Shown: piece after piece, positions 21,777 through 34,538 of the stretch
Layout of the letters: every line of letters begins with the position of its first letter
Position numbering within the stretch: position 1 is the first letter of the stretch
Assembly: GCF_038025025.1 (NCBI RefSeq)
Contig: NW_027117340.1
Coordinates: forward strand, 372,001-436,000
Reading direction: 5' to 3'
DNA length: 64,000 bases
From: Phyllosticta citribraziliensis
Lineage: Eukaryota
Made by a program: the position numbers and the translations under genes
Notes under the pieces: model-generated
Seen by the model: the letters and a program-made list of their open reading frames with translations, nothing else
Told to the model about the DNA's origin: nothing
Databases searched by the model: none

Positions 21777-24702
21777 ATGCCGTCCTTCCTCGCCGATGAC
21801 ACCGACCGCTCCGCATACTCGGCCCCGCTGACTGAAAAGTCGCTCCACCTCACCAACGGCGACTCCAACCCTCACCACCTCAATGGGGACTTCTTCCACC
21901 GCCCCGACCGAGTCCTGACCAACGGCACCTCTTCGACCAAGACCACCTCCTCTTCGCTGCCAAACGGGGGCCCTGTTGGCGGAAACGGCGACGTCAGGTC
22001 CTTCACCCTGCAGACCGCAACAACAACATCAACAACAAGCCCCATGGAGACGGTCCGCTCCGTCGCCCCCGAGAGCCCGGCCCTGGCCAGCCCGCTCGAC
22101 GCTGGCCCTCGCGATGACGGTTACTTTGCTGCCGTGCAAAACGGCGTTACACAGGACGGCTGTCTGACAACACACGTCAAGCTGGAGCCAGCATCCGTAA
22201 CAAGCGAATCCTTCCAAGCGACGAGGGTCGTCTCCTCGCCTGCATCCTCGGGCATGCTCTCCCCAGCCACTGCCTCAGACTCTGCACATCAACGCAAGGC
22301 CTCGACCGCCACAAACACCTCGTACCAAACCGCCCCCGACGCGACCTTGCGCGTGCCCACCACGGCCCACCGGCTGTCGTCGCCGCCCGCTCTCGGATAC
22401 AACCCACCCACGTCGCCCTCGAGCAGCAACCCCCCCGTCGCTCCTGGTCTGCAGCACCGACATACGTTGGAGGTGCCCAAGGCCCAAGGCTATCGCTCCT
22501 CCAAAGACGCTCCCCGCACGTCGGACGACCAAGCCGTCCTGGCAACCGGCCGCTTCTCCCCAAACACACCCACTCGGAGACGAGGCTCCATGTCGCTGGT
22601 GAGACGGACGACGCGCTCCATGCAGTCGGACGTGCATCTCGACGAGGTCCCCACCGACGAGGATGCCGCGCGCTGGGCGGAGCACATACGGCAAAAGAGG
22701 GCTAGCAAGAGGAAGAGGAAAGAAGACGAGGATGACGACAGGGTGGTTGTCGGCACCAAGGTCGACCAAAACCACGTCAACTGGGTGACGGCGTATAACA
22801 TGCTAACCGGAATCCGCTTCACCGTGTCCCGGACGCATGCCAAAATGGACAGGGAGCTGACCGATGCCGACTTTGTTGCAAAACACAAGTTTTCATTCGA
22901 CATGTAAGCCCTGATGCAGCCACACTCGCCAAAAAGACTTTTGCTGAACGTATCGACAGTGCTGGTAACGAGCTCACCCCTTCAGCCAAGTACGACTTTA
23001 AATTCAAGGACTATGCTCCGTGGGTTTTTCGACATCTTCGCCAAACTTTCAAGATCGACCCGGCAGACTACCTCATGTCATTGACCTCCAAGTACATACT
23101 CTCCGAGCTTGGGTCTCCTGGCAAGAGCGGCAGCTTCTTCTATTTTTCCAGAGACTACAAGTACATCATCAAAACCATTCATCACGCAGAGCACAAATTC
23201 CTCCGGCGAATCCTCAAGGACTACTACAACCACGTCAAGGACAACCCCAACACCCTCCTGTCTCAGTTTTACGGACTTCATCGCGTCAAGATTCCCTATG
23301 GCCGCAAAATTCACTTTGTGGTCATGAACAACTTGTTTCCCCCGCACCGCGATATTCACCGGACATTTGACCTCAAGGGCTCGACCATTGGAAGAGATTT
23401 CAAGGAAGAGGATTTGGAAAAGAATCCCCGCGCGACCCTGAAAGATTTGAACTGGCTGAGGCGGAACCTGCATCTCGAGTTTGGACCGATCAAGCGGCAG
23501 GCTTTCATCGACCAAATGGAAAAGGACGTCAAGCTGTTGCAAAAGCTCAAGATTATGGACTACTCGCTTCTGGTTGGAATCCACGATTTGGAAAGAGGAA
23601 ACGAAGAAAACCTGCGGGACAAGACTTTGCAGGTTTTCCAGCCTGGCGGAGAGGACGCGGGCGAAAATGTACCAAACTCGCTCATGCGGACACCCTCCAA
23701 GCTGGAGAATGCACGCAAGGCCAAGGAACTCCGCCAAATGATCAAGAACCAAAGACCGATCCCCATGGACCAGACGACCAACAAGATGCCCGACGACGTC
23801 CAAGAGACGCGGAAACACTTTTACTTTTACTCGGATGACGGGGGTTTCCAGGCGACGCATGAGGACAACGCGCCGGGGGAGGAGATATACTATCTGGGCA
23901 TCATAGACTGTTTGACACACGTAAGCATCACAGGATTTGGAGAAGCGTGCCCATGCTAACGCCCTTGCAGTATAGTTTCATCAAGAGGATGGAACACTTT
24001 TTCAAGGGACTCACGGCCCAAGAGTCCCAAATTTCGGCCATTCCGCCGGAAAGATATGGCGACCGCTTTGTCCGCTTCATCAGCGGCATCACCAAAACGC
24101 GCGAGCGCGCCGAGGAGGAAAAGCAGGAGCACCAGCACCAGGTTTATGATGACCCGCAACTGCGGGGTGTCAACATCCAGCCCACCAAGACAGAGGAGGT
24201 CATGGAAAAGGCCGAACGTGTAGCCGACCGTTCCGTTCGCCACGGTGCCAACGAGGAAAACGTCCCTGAGCGCCGCATCCACCCCATTCGCAGCCCGTCT
24301 GCCGAGCGCGGCGAGCCGCACGGCAGCATTCTGCCCATTGTCGAAGAGGCGGGCGAATCAGCGAGCGTGGGTGGCCGCAGCAACGGCGGTCGCAGCGCAG
24401 AGACTTCGCCACGCCTCGGGCCCGCCGGTGGGTCCGTCAAGCCTCCGCCGACGCCGCCAAAGGACTCGAGGGATGGCGAGGCTGACGTGCGCCCGCCGAC
24501 GCCGCCCAAGAACGACGGATACCAACCTGCTTCGACAGTCTCGCCGCCCACGCCTCCCAAAGATGACCGCGGCCGCGGCAAGGACAAGTCGCTGCCGGTG
24601 CCGCCGTCGTACTCGGAGACGTTTACGCGGAGCCCGTCGAGGATGAAGGGCATGCCGGAGATGGAAGAGGTTGGGTTGAGGGTGGAGGCCCGGGTCAGCT
24701 GA
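21777..24702 (+). CDS. MSS4: Phosphatidylinositol-4-phosphate 5-kinase; introns 22904-22959, 23921-23970
   Basis: [71 protein letters not shown]. Start taken as MPSFLADD (21777); in-frame ATGs a few codons upstream are possible. Confidence 0.95.
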
Positions 24703-24991
24703 TTGGCGTCGCCGGCCACACCAGATTGAGCCTCTTGCCGGGCATGCACAACACCAAGAAAAAAAAAAAAAAAAAAAAAGCATGAGCGCACAAAGCGCAA
24801 GCAAAAAAGCTCTCCATCTCTCTCTTGCAAAGTACGTTGTGGTGGTTGAAGGATACCCCATGTTCGAGTCTTGTTGTTTTGCTGTTCCCTTTGTCTATTT
24901 GTATCTTCGTCGTTCAGCGTCCGCTGCCATTTTTTTTCTTTCCTTCCTGTTTTTCGTCTCCTTTTTCCTTTTGCTGCTTTTGCTTTTGCTT

Positions 24992-25029
24992 CTGCTGCTG
25001 CTACTGCTGCTGCTACTACTGCTGCTGCT
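24992..25029. repeat. (CTG/CTA)n trinucleotide repeat; a poly(A) run lies nearby at ~24759-24779
   Basis: Direct reading in the low-complexity region between convergent MSS4 and NoxB. Confidence 0.85.
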
Positions 25030-25944
25030 CTTGCTGGCGCCGTTTTGCTACGTATGTATGTGTGTATGTATCTATGGCTACGGTGGATCAAGCAAGCAAG
25101 CAAGTAGACAAGCTGGCAGGCGGGCAGGCAGGCAGGCAAGCTAGCTAGCTAGGCATCTCGCTCTCTGCATATTGGTTTTCCTTGTGTCATCATGGTCTCC
25201 CCCCACCCCTTTTTCTCTTTTCTTTCCCTCACTCTTCTTTCTCTCTTGCTCTCTTCTCTCGTCATTTATGGATCACAACTTTTTTTCGTCTTCCCTCCTG
25301 GCTTTCCTACTGTCGTCTTTTGTTGCGTGTGTGAGTGAGGGGGTGTGTGTGGTGTGTGTGTTGAGACGTGGTGATGTGGCGCCTGGTTTTGGACTTGCAT
25401 GGATGGATGGATGCATGCCCGCCCGCACGCACTTTTCCTGTAGGAGCACGGCATGGCTGCTGCTGTCATGGGTGGTTGAGGAGGAGGAGGAATCATTGGA
25501 ACCACTGGGATTACTGGGATCAGCAATACCATTATCATTTCCGAATTGAATCGACATTGGCATTGACAATCGTCACCTCTCATCCTGCCTCTCTGCTTTG
25601 TCTGTCTTGTCTCGTTCGGTCTCTCTTCTTGCTCCGTCAACATGCCGACTACCGTAACAACTGCCTCTTTGGCTGGCTGGCTGGCTGGCTGGCAGGAGCC
25701 TTTTCTTTCCTTTCATTAAATGGAAGGGTACGGCAGCGATAGCAGCAGTGGAGAATCGAGATGCCTACATGTAGTGAGTGACGTGTGTAAGCGGAGAGGA
25801 GAGGGCAGAGCACGCACGCAGCACGCACAGCACAACCTTGAGAAGCGCAAGAAGTATCATAACGAAAGAACGACGACCGATTTCAATTGCATCCTTTTCC
25901 CCCTTCCCCCTCCCCATCCCCCTTCCCCCAACCCCCCAACCCCG

Positions 25945-27842
25945 CTAAAAGTTCTCCTTCCCCCAAACAAACGAGAACCCCGGATCGCTATACATGTTGC
26001 ACTTGACGTGCAACTGGCTGCCCAGACCCTTGGGCCCGCAGAAGAAGACGCCGGCCTCGGCCGGCGTGTGGATCTTGCGGATGCACTTGAAGATCATGTC
26101 CCAGTTGGGGCGGCCGAAGTTTGTGGGCGCGCGCAGGCCCGTGATGGCGTCTTGCTCGGCGTTGGCGTCGTTGATCATGATGTTTGTTGCGTCGGCGATG
26201 TTGATTTTGGCCGTCAGGTACTGCGGGGAGGGATGTTAGTATCTAGGAGCGGTTGGGGCCCAGTGCGGGACAGAAGGGGGGGGTGGGGAAGGGAAGGGAA
26301 AGGAAGGGGGCAGAACACACGGTGTGAATCTCAATCCTGTGCTCGAAATCCTGCGCCTCAATCGCCATCAGCAGGCTGCGGAACCACTCCAAGCTGCCAA
26401 AGTCGCGGCAGATCCAGAAGAAGTACACCTTGCGCAGCCGCGTCTTGCTCGTCGGGTAGTTCAGCCGGTACCAGATGCTCTTGAGGATGCTGGCGAAGGG
26501 CGTCACGCCGATGCCGGCGCCTACCAGCACCGCGATTTCGAACTTGAACACGTCTTCCGACGCGCTGCCGAACGGTCCGTCGATGTAGACGCGCGGCAGC
26601 ACGCGCCGGAGCGACGGGTCCACGCTGTCTTCGTCTTTGGCCGCGGACACTACCGCCCCGTCTTTGGCTTCGAAGTCGCAGCCGAGGGCGCGCGCGAGCG
26701 AGCGCGTGAAGTTGCCCACGCAGCGCACGTGCACCGAGATGTAGTCTTCTTCGGGCGCCGACGTGAGGGTGAAGGGGTGGTATTGCCAGACGGAGACCTC
26801 GGGGCAGCAGAGGAATATGTACTGGCAACGGGGGTTAGCATATGCGGTCAGTAGGGGGGTGGAGGGGCTAGAAACTCACCTGGCCCGCCTTGGTCTTTGT
26901 GTTTTCCTTCTTGATCTGGATCTCGCACACGTTGCTCGGGTGCTGGACGACCTTGGACACGTACGTCTGATGGCGGCCGCGCACCTCGCGCGCGATGCGC
27001 TCGGCCAGGTACAGGAAGCCGCCGTACATCCACCACAGCCAGAAGACGCCGACCGTGTTGCAAAAGGGGCCAAAGTCGGGGCGGATCATGCAAAAGGCGC
27101 CGTGGATGCTCCACATGACGAAGAAGATGATGAAGAAGTGGTGCGTGTACCAGAAGCGCTCGTAGTTGGCGCGCCGCGTCTTCTCGACCGACGTGAAGAC
27201 CATGGCCATGAGCGAGATGAGCATCACCCACCCCGTCCACCCGGGCCCCGTCACGAAGTTGGCAATCAGCCAGCCCGCCACGCCCAGGTTGTTGACGGCC
27301 GCGAAGCGCCCAAAGTTGTAAAAGTGCGCCAGCGTGTGGATCCACGTGAAGAGCACAATGGACCAGGCCACCAGCTTGTGGAACGTAATGTTCTTGTCGA
27401 GCTGGATGATGCCGTTGAGCGGCGTCTCGCGGAGCAGCGAAATGAAGGTGCGGCACACGGGGAACAGGATGAGCGCCACGTCAAAGTGCAGCACCATGGC
27501 GGCCGACCGCGCAATCACGTAGCCGTTGCGGAACTCGGCGCGCGACTGCGACAGGTTGTCCTTGAGCCCGTAGTTGAGGACGCCAAACACAAAGATCATG
27601 ACGTGCGCCAGCATGAAGACGGCCACGAAGAGCCGCCGGTACCCTTCGTTCACCATCCACCGGTCGAAGCGCTCGCGCACCGTCAGGTCGCGCGGCGGCT
27701 CGTCGCTCATCTCGCCCGACATGAGCATGCGCGTGAGCGGCGGCCATCGTGATCGCTCGCGGCCAGAGAGGCTGCGGAGGCTCTGTCCGGATATGCTCGC
27801 CCCAGAGTACCGGTTCTCGGCGTAGCTCTTTTCAAAGTCCAT
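25945..27842 (-). CDS. noxB: NADPH oxidase catalytic subunit, NoxB/Nox2 type; introns 26822-26879, 26221-26320
   Basis: N-terminal extension RSRWPPLTRMLMSGEM characteristic of fungal NoxB/Nox2; heme His motifs (TFHKL, IHTLAH, WYTHHFF, SIHG), WQYHPFTLTSAP, IDGPFG, VGAGIGVTPFAS, C-terminal FFCGP...WGKENF. Confidence 0.95.
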
Positions 27843-28672
27843 GGCCAGGCGTGACGCAGAGAAGCAACTCTTTCAAGTTGCCTGCTTTGCGGCGGCGTGG
27901 CGGCGGCTGAGGGTGACCAGGCGGCGGCGGCGGCGGCGGCGCGATGCTGCTGCTGCTGGAGATGAGATGGACTGACGGCGAGGCCAGCTCGGTAGTCCCA
28001 ATTGTCGAGTCGCGCCTTGAGGATTTGGATAAATTCAGTCCTGGCCGACGTGCGTTAGCATTGAACAAGAGAGGCCTCGGGAACGACCCACCAAAGAAAA
28101 GTACCAGCCTTGGAAAAGATGTGTAAAAGGGCCAAGTTCAGTGCGTGTTGGCGAGGAGCGTCGGGTCAAGGCACTCAGGCACTCGCAGAAAACCAGGCCG
28201 TCGTGGCATGGTGGCATGGCGTGGGATGAAGGCTGGATGGCAGGGCGACTGCTGCGCCAGAAGCGTAGCAGGAACAGAGCCGCGGTGCGAGAAGCGGCGG
28301 GCCAATGTCAGAAGAGCACTTCATTGGCAGGCGCTGGCGAATCGCATCGCGGCGGAACAGGTGGTTCTGTGTTACGAGCGGGCATTGCGACGTCTCGCGC
28401 TGCATCGTCGTCGTGCGAGCGAGCCTTGGCCCCGTGTCAGAGGTGCGTAAGCGCCGCCAGTGCCCGTCGGACCATGGTGTTCCTGCTCTTCCCAGCCGCT
28501 GATTCGTCCCTGGGCGATCTCTGTGCAGGCGGATATCGACCATCATCGGCGCCCGGCGTTGGACCTGCGCTGTTTCAGTTCCCACTTGAGCTCATGAACG
28601 TGATTGCGAGCCGATGGTGGCGAGATAAAGTCTGCATTCTTCTGCGCTAGTCCACCCCCTCTTGTACTTGAT

Positions 28673-29504
28673 CTATATCATGTGTAGCCCTCCTGAAGCC
28701 GCAATGGTTTGGCCCGTGACCCAGCGGCTCGATTCCTCTGCAATGAAGCCGACAATGCCAGCAATGTCGTCAGGCCTGCCAACGCGGCCGACCGGAGTGG
28801 TGGCCTTCAAGTGCTCAATAGCAGCTGCAGGTGCTCGACCCATCATGTCGGTCTCGACAGGACCAGGCGCGACGGCATTGACGGTGTGGCCCAAGGGACC
28901 AAGCTCCTGAGCAAGACCGCGCGTAAGGGACTCGAGCGCGCCCTTGGACGCCATATACATGGTGTATTGGGGAAAGGCGACCCTCGCTCCTGTAGAAGAG
29001 ATGTTTATGATTCTTCCTGGAGCTCGCAGACGCGGCACCACAGCCTGCGTCAAGAGGATCACGCCGCGCACATTGAGATGGAAGACTTCGTCGAAGTCCT
29101 CAGGGGTGAGGTCCTCCAGCTTCTTGACTTTGTCGACAGCAGCATTGTTGACCAGGATGTCAATCGATTCTCCAAAGGCTGCGACAGTCTCGGACACAAT
29201 CTTTGCCGGCGCATCGAGCTCGCGCAGGTTTGCTCGGATGCCGAGGGCTTGGGCTCCGTTGCCGAGATTGTTGATTTTGGCAACAAGCTCGTCGGTGGAC
29301 TTGACACTGCTCTCCGACGTGTATGTGAGGACGACCTAGAGCAACCGTCAGTATCCTGTCCGATGGTCCCAATTGGTGTCCCACCTTTGCACCACGATTG
29401 GCCAGCTCAAGAGCAATGGATGCACCAATGCCACGGGAGGCACCCGAAACAATCGCGACCTTGTTTGCCAAGGCAAGAGAGTTGGAGTTGTTGATGGAGC
29501 TCAT
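28673..29504 (-). CDS. Classical short-chain dehydrogenase/reductase (FabG-like); intron 29336-29384
   Basis: VAIVSGASRGIG, DILVNNAA, IINISS, catalytic YMASK, VNAVAPGPVETDM, WVTGQTI. Confidence 0.92.
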
Positions 29505-30335
29505 GATTGTGTTACTGTGAGGACGTGATGATGGAGTAAAGGGGACTGCAGGATGGAAAAGGGGGTCATAGATGGCTGCTTTTATGTGGGTATAGTATTG
29601 GTTACAAATCCTCACTCGCCCTCGCACCAAATTGCTCTTGCTGAACCGGCCACTCTCCCGCTTAGCCGTGGTTTCGTTGTTTTACGCGTTTATCAATCAT
29701 GGTATGATGCCACCGCTTACACGACCACGCGGAGCAGCGCCCTCTAGCATCCTTGTGCGCTGATGGATATGGGACACGTTGCTTGGGAATATTGGTACGG
29801 AGGACACCGGACTTCGCCATGAGGATGTTGCTCGGGGATAGCCACCATTTGTCACGCACCTGGTAGCATTGGTCAGCATCTCGGATGGCACATTGCCGGA
29901 TGCCTCGACGGCGAAGCTCGTGCAACCGAAAAGTGAAGGAAGGATGGGAAGTTCACTGCGGCATGGTTGTTCGACCTCAGGTGCCGAGCATGTGAAGCGG
30001 CAAAGGGGGGAGCCGGAGTGGTTCAGTTGGTGGAAGTTGGTTCGGCACGCGCACGGGGAATGCGATGGGCGGGGGTCTGGAGAGTTGACAGTCGACCGTC
30101 GACAGCGGCAGAAGACGGGATGGGGTGGGAGGTGGTTGAGTGCAGTGCAGGACGGAGGGTTTTAGCTTCAGCTCTGGGTCCCGTCATGGTCAAACTGCGG
30201 AGATGGCCGTAGCGAGCAACGGCGAGAAAAGTCTGCATCCACAGTCTTGGTCTTCATTCACCACAAGAACGTACCATCTCGCAGAACAGAAACCACCCGA
30301 TCGTCCGGCTGATTTTTCTCATCTTTCGTATCGTT

Positions 30336-31341
30336 ATGGCATCATCAGCAAAGGCCGAGGGCGGCGTCAAGCTCGACGCAGAGGACAGTCCCCGCCCAAC
30401 CTCGATGCAGCAACGCGGCACCAAGAGAATCAGTCAGTTCAGTCCAGTCCAGTCTTCGCTCGGCCCCAGCAAAACCACCACCTCCTCCTCCCAAACACGC
30501 CTGTCTGTTTCGTCTAACCAAGCGCCATGCTCTTCGACTATTCAGGAACCCAATCGCTCCCTCCTCCAGACCTCCCGCGCCTCGTTGCCGAGCAGGCCAC
30601 CCCGATCCCGCGCAGCGACAAAGATACTCAACGCCTCATCGTCGTCCTCTCCAATGCCAGCCTCGAGACTTACAAGGCCTCGCATGCCCGCGCCGGCCCC
30701 GGCCCCGGCAAGGATGACAAGTACTCGCTGCTCAACAGCGACGAGCACATTGGTATCATGAGGAAAATGGGCCGCGACATTAGTGATGCTCGCCCCGACA
30801 TCACCCATCAGGTCGGACCCTGTCTGCTATTCAACATAGTCCAAGACGGTTGACGTCTCTCTAGTGCCTGCTCACCCTCCTCGACTCGCCCGTCAACAAG
30901 GCCGGTCGCCTGCAAATCTACATCCACACTGCCAAGGGCGTCTTGATCGAAGTCAGCCCCTCGGTCCGCATCCCGCGTACCTTTAAGCGCTTCGCCGGTC
31001 TCATGGTCCAGCTCCTACACCGCCTCTCCATCAGGTCCACGACCTCGCAAGAGAAGCTGCTCAAGGTGATAAAGAATCCCATTACTGACCATCTCCCGCC
31101 CAACTGCCGCAAGGTCACCATGTCCTTTGACGCCCCCGTCGTCAAGGTGCGCGACTACCTGGAAGAGCTCAACCCCAACGAGAGCATCTGCGTCTTTGTC
31201 GGTGCCATGGCAAAGGGCAAGGACGACTTTGCCGACGAGTTCAAAGACGACACCATCAGTATCAGCAACTACAGTCTCAGTGCCAGCGTTGCCTGCTCCA
31301 AGTTCTGCCACGCCGCCGAGGATGTCTGGGACATTATCTAA
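30336..31341 (+). CDS. EMG1: 18S rRNA pseudouridine N1-methyltransferase Nep1/Emg1; introns 30433-30545, 30812-30864
   Basis: [82 protein letters not shown]. Confidence 0.96.
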
Positions 31342-32378
31342 AATACCCACGCGCACAAGTCACAACACGAGTTGCAGCAGGGCAAGCTATGAAACTTGGC
31401 TTCGGCGGTGGGGAGGAACACCGGGGTTGTCCTGGGGCTGCGATCGCAACATCAAAGCTCTGGCACGACGCCCAGTCGCGATGAGGATCTGTGGAGTGGT
31501 CTCTGTTTTCGCAACCAAAACACAAGGCTTTCAACAGACTCACGGCGTCTCTCTTCGCAAAGCACTTCAACTTGCTCTGCGACCTTTTCTTTCTCTCAGT
31601 AGCTAGTACTCTTCTTGGGTACGTAGGTTGGCGTTTTCAAGGGTCAAAACGGGGCAAGGTGTTGGTTGGGTATTTGGGGGGTTCAAGATTCAGCTCAATC
31701 ACGATTTTAGTTCCCATGCGGTATTCCTCCATGACCTACCTCCAAGGACCATCCAGCGACACCTGGATACTAACGCGTAGAATCCCGAATCAAAACTTTA
31801 ATCACATGCTCAGCGCCTCGCATCCCAAGTCGTTCCACTCTGATTCCAACACCGAGCTTTTCCAATGACTTCAGACGAGCTGGGGTTATTGGGGAATTGA
31901 TTCATCTGGATGGCACAAGAATCACGCCGAAGAAAGAAGAGGGCAGGTCTGGCTGACTGTGTCGAAAACTGGCACACGAGGGCGATACATGGCTCGGGGT
32001 CGGGAGTCAAGACAGTGAGACTTTAGGTGCTACTATGGCGAAGATAACGACGGTGATTGACCCAAGGCCCCGTGGCCGAGGAGGTCCCGCCATTCGCTGC
32101 AACGACAGGGCAGCCCACAAATGCACCGACCTTGGCTCACGCTGCTTGCCTAGGTGTCTGCCAAATTGGTGCACTGGAGCCAGCTGGGCACCAGCGCATC
32201 CACAGAGCAGGGCAGGAAGAAGCGGACCAGCAAACCAGCCAAACAAGACGACCGAAGCGCTGGATGGATTGAAGTAATGTTCGACTGGGCCAATCCACCT
32301 GATGCGGGTGAGATGCATAATGCGTTGCGTTGCGGGGCACCACCACCACCTCAGTCAGATACGAAGAGCAACGCAATG

Positions 32379-32409
<31 letters not shown>

Positions 32410-34538
32410 AGCGCTCCCGCGCTGTCGTGTCACGCTCCGTTTGCATTTCTTTTTCCTCCGACCATGCCGTTATAAATACGCGTCCACTCGTTGCCAGACG
32501 GCCTCTGGTCAGTCAATCGGCGTTGCGTCCATGTATGTGTGTGTGTTGCCAGCCTCCGCCCGGCTGCCAGCCACCCAGATGCCGACGCATGCACGCAGCC
32601 AGGTGGCGACGGTCTGGGCCTTTTCTGCGCCCAGATTCTTCTTCGCTCTTGTTGTCCCACTGGTCGAGTCGATTGTACATTGCATTGCATAACTACAGCA
32701 AAGGAAATGCACGCGCTCTGGCAAGCTGCTGCTGTTGCATAAACGCCGGCTGGCGATCGCCGGCCGTTGAGTAGCCGCTGGCTGTGACGCATGCACGCCG
32801 TGTGCAGAATCTGGTGGACTCGCACAGAAACAGGACGACAGCAGGTAATGAAGAGTTGGGGAACTGCGAGCAACAGCAGCAATGGCAGACGGCCGTAGAA
32901 GAAGCAGAGGCGCCATTGAGCTGTCAGTGGCAAACACAAGTGGATCGCCGCTCGACTCCACGTACAACTCCCAAATCGACAGGGCGTCTGCCTGGCTGTC
33001 CTCTCCTCTCGTCAGAGGCTCGTTTTCCTGCCTCTCATCGCTGCTGTCACATTTACCTGGCGCACGGAGTCAGAGAAGCACTTGTGCAGAATGAGGCGCG
33101 CTGCACCACGGCACCCAAACGGATACCTAGGCGGATCGAGGAACCACTCGGCAGCGTCTGCTGTGGCGGCCGTGGTGTCGGTCGGTAAGTGGACTGAGGT
33201 AGGTGGTAGGTCTTGACAGGTGCAGCGACTCGGGCGGCTGTCGCGCTTCTCTATGGACGGGCTGCCCGCCTGGTTGGCGTGAATAGTGACTACTCGCAAT
33301 TACGTTGACAGGAATTCCCAATTGCGGGTAGCTCTCGGATACTCGGACCAGGACTTTGCGGCCTTTTTGGTTAGACGATGATGCTGTTCGGTATCGCTCG
33401 TTCTGCTGCTATTCGGTCCGCTGCCGTCAAGGCGGGCCACGAGCTGCAGTAGTTGGAGTCTTGTATCTGTATCAGGCTGGTGGACTGCTCGGGATGAAGT
33501 CTTGATTCTGATTCTTTGGTCAGCTAATGTTGATAGGGACATGTGCAGGACTGAGGACGGTGCAACCGGTGGCTCCGGTGTCTGCTCCGCTGATTCGACA
33601 GTTGGAATCTTACTGGCCCAAACACTGGTAACCAGCTGGTGCGACCTCACTCGGTGTGGGTTGAATGGGCGAGATCAAACGAGACGAATGCTGTGCGACC
33701 CATCAGAAGAATCGTCGTACCGGGGTCTTTGTCCACGCAAATCCAACGTCTCTCCATCCTCAATCAAGCCCTTGCTGGGATTTTAGCTTGGATTCTTCCA
33801 TCTTGAATAGTTTGCCATCCGTCACATTTAAATTCCACTTACCGATTATCGACACGTCAAGGTATAGCCGCAGTAAGCCTTTAAAAGGGCTGCTCGAATC
33901 GGACTCGTCTCGATCCAGAGCGAGATGCAGGAGTATGCAGTTTGAAAAGAAGCAGCCGCTTGAGGTCAAGAGTGAGGCAATCACTGTGGCCAAGGCGGAT
34001 CCGCCAGGCCCGTTCCGCGTCCAACCACCAAGTGCAAGTCGACCTCAACCGCAAGCCTTACGTGGCCTCGTGAGCTGACGGGCGCTCGACCTGGGCGGAA
34101 AACGGCCATCGACGGTGCCAGATGCGTTTGCCGGGGGCGACCGGGATGCTGCAGCGCTCCCCTGCGCACGCTTCGCCTTCTTTCGGGGCTTCTTTGCGCG
34201 CTTCGCCCTTCTCCACCCGAGCGAGCCCTGCCTCGACGCGGTAGGTCGAGTAGCAGCAGGAACACTGCTCGCCTGCTGGATGTACATTGCGCCATGGCCC
34301 TCGACTGGATCGGGGGTGCGCCTCAAGCAGGAATGGGGCGTCGTGCGGCGTCAGAGGTGCCTTTATCCGCCGCACAACCCCCTCTGCGATATATAGACCG
34401 GAGAGGTACAGCGGATGCTGCAACATCTACTCATGTAGGTACCCCTTCTGTCCACCGCTTCTCTTCAAACCCACGCGCCATTTTGCAAAAGTTTCCTCGT
34501 TCTTTGTACTCTTTTGCTTTCCTTTTCCTTTGATCAAA

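Noticed and set aside
25945..29504. noxB plus SDR as a metabolic or secondary-metabolite cluster
   Set aside because: No backbone enzyme, transporter or cluster regulator; neighbours are housekeeping genes.
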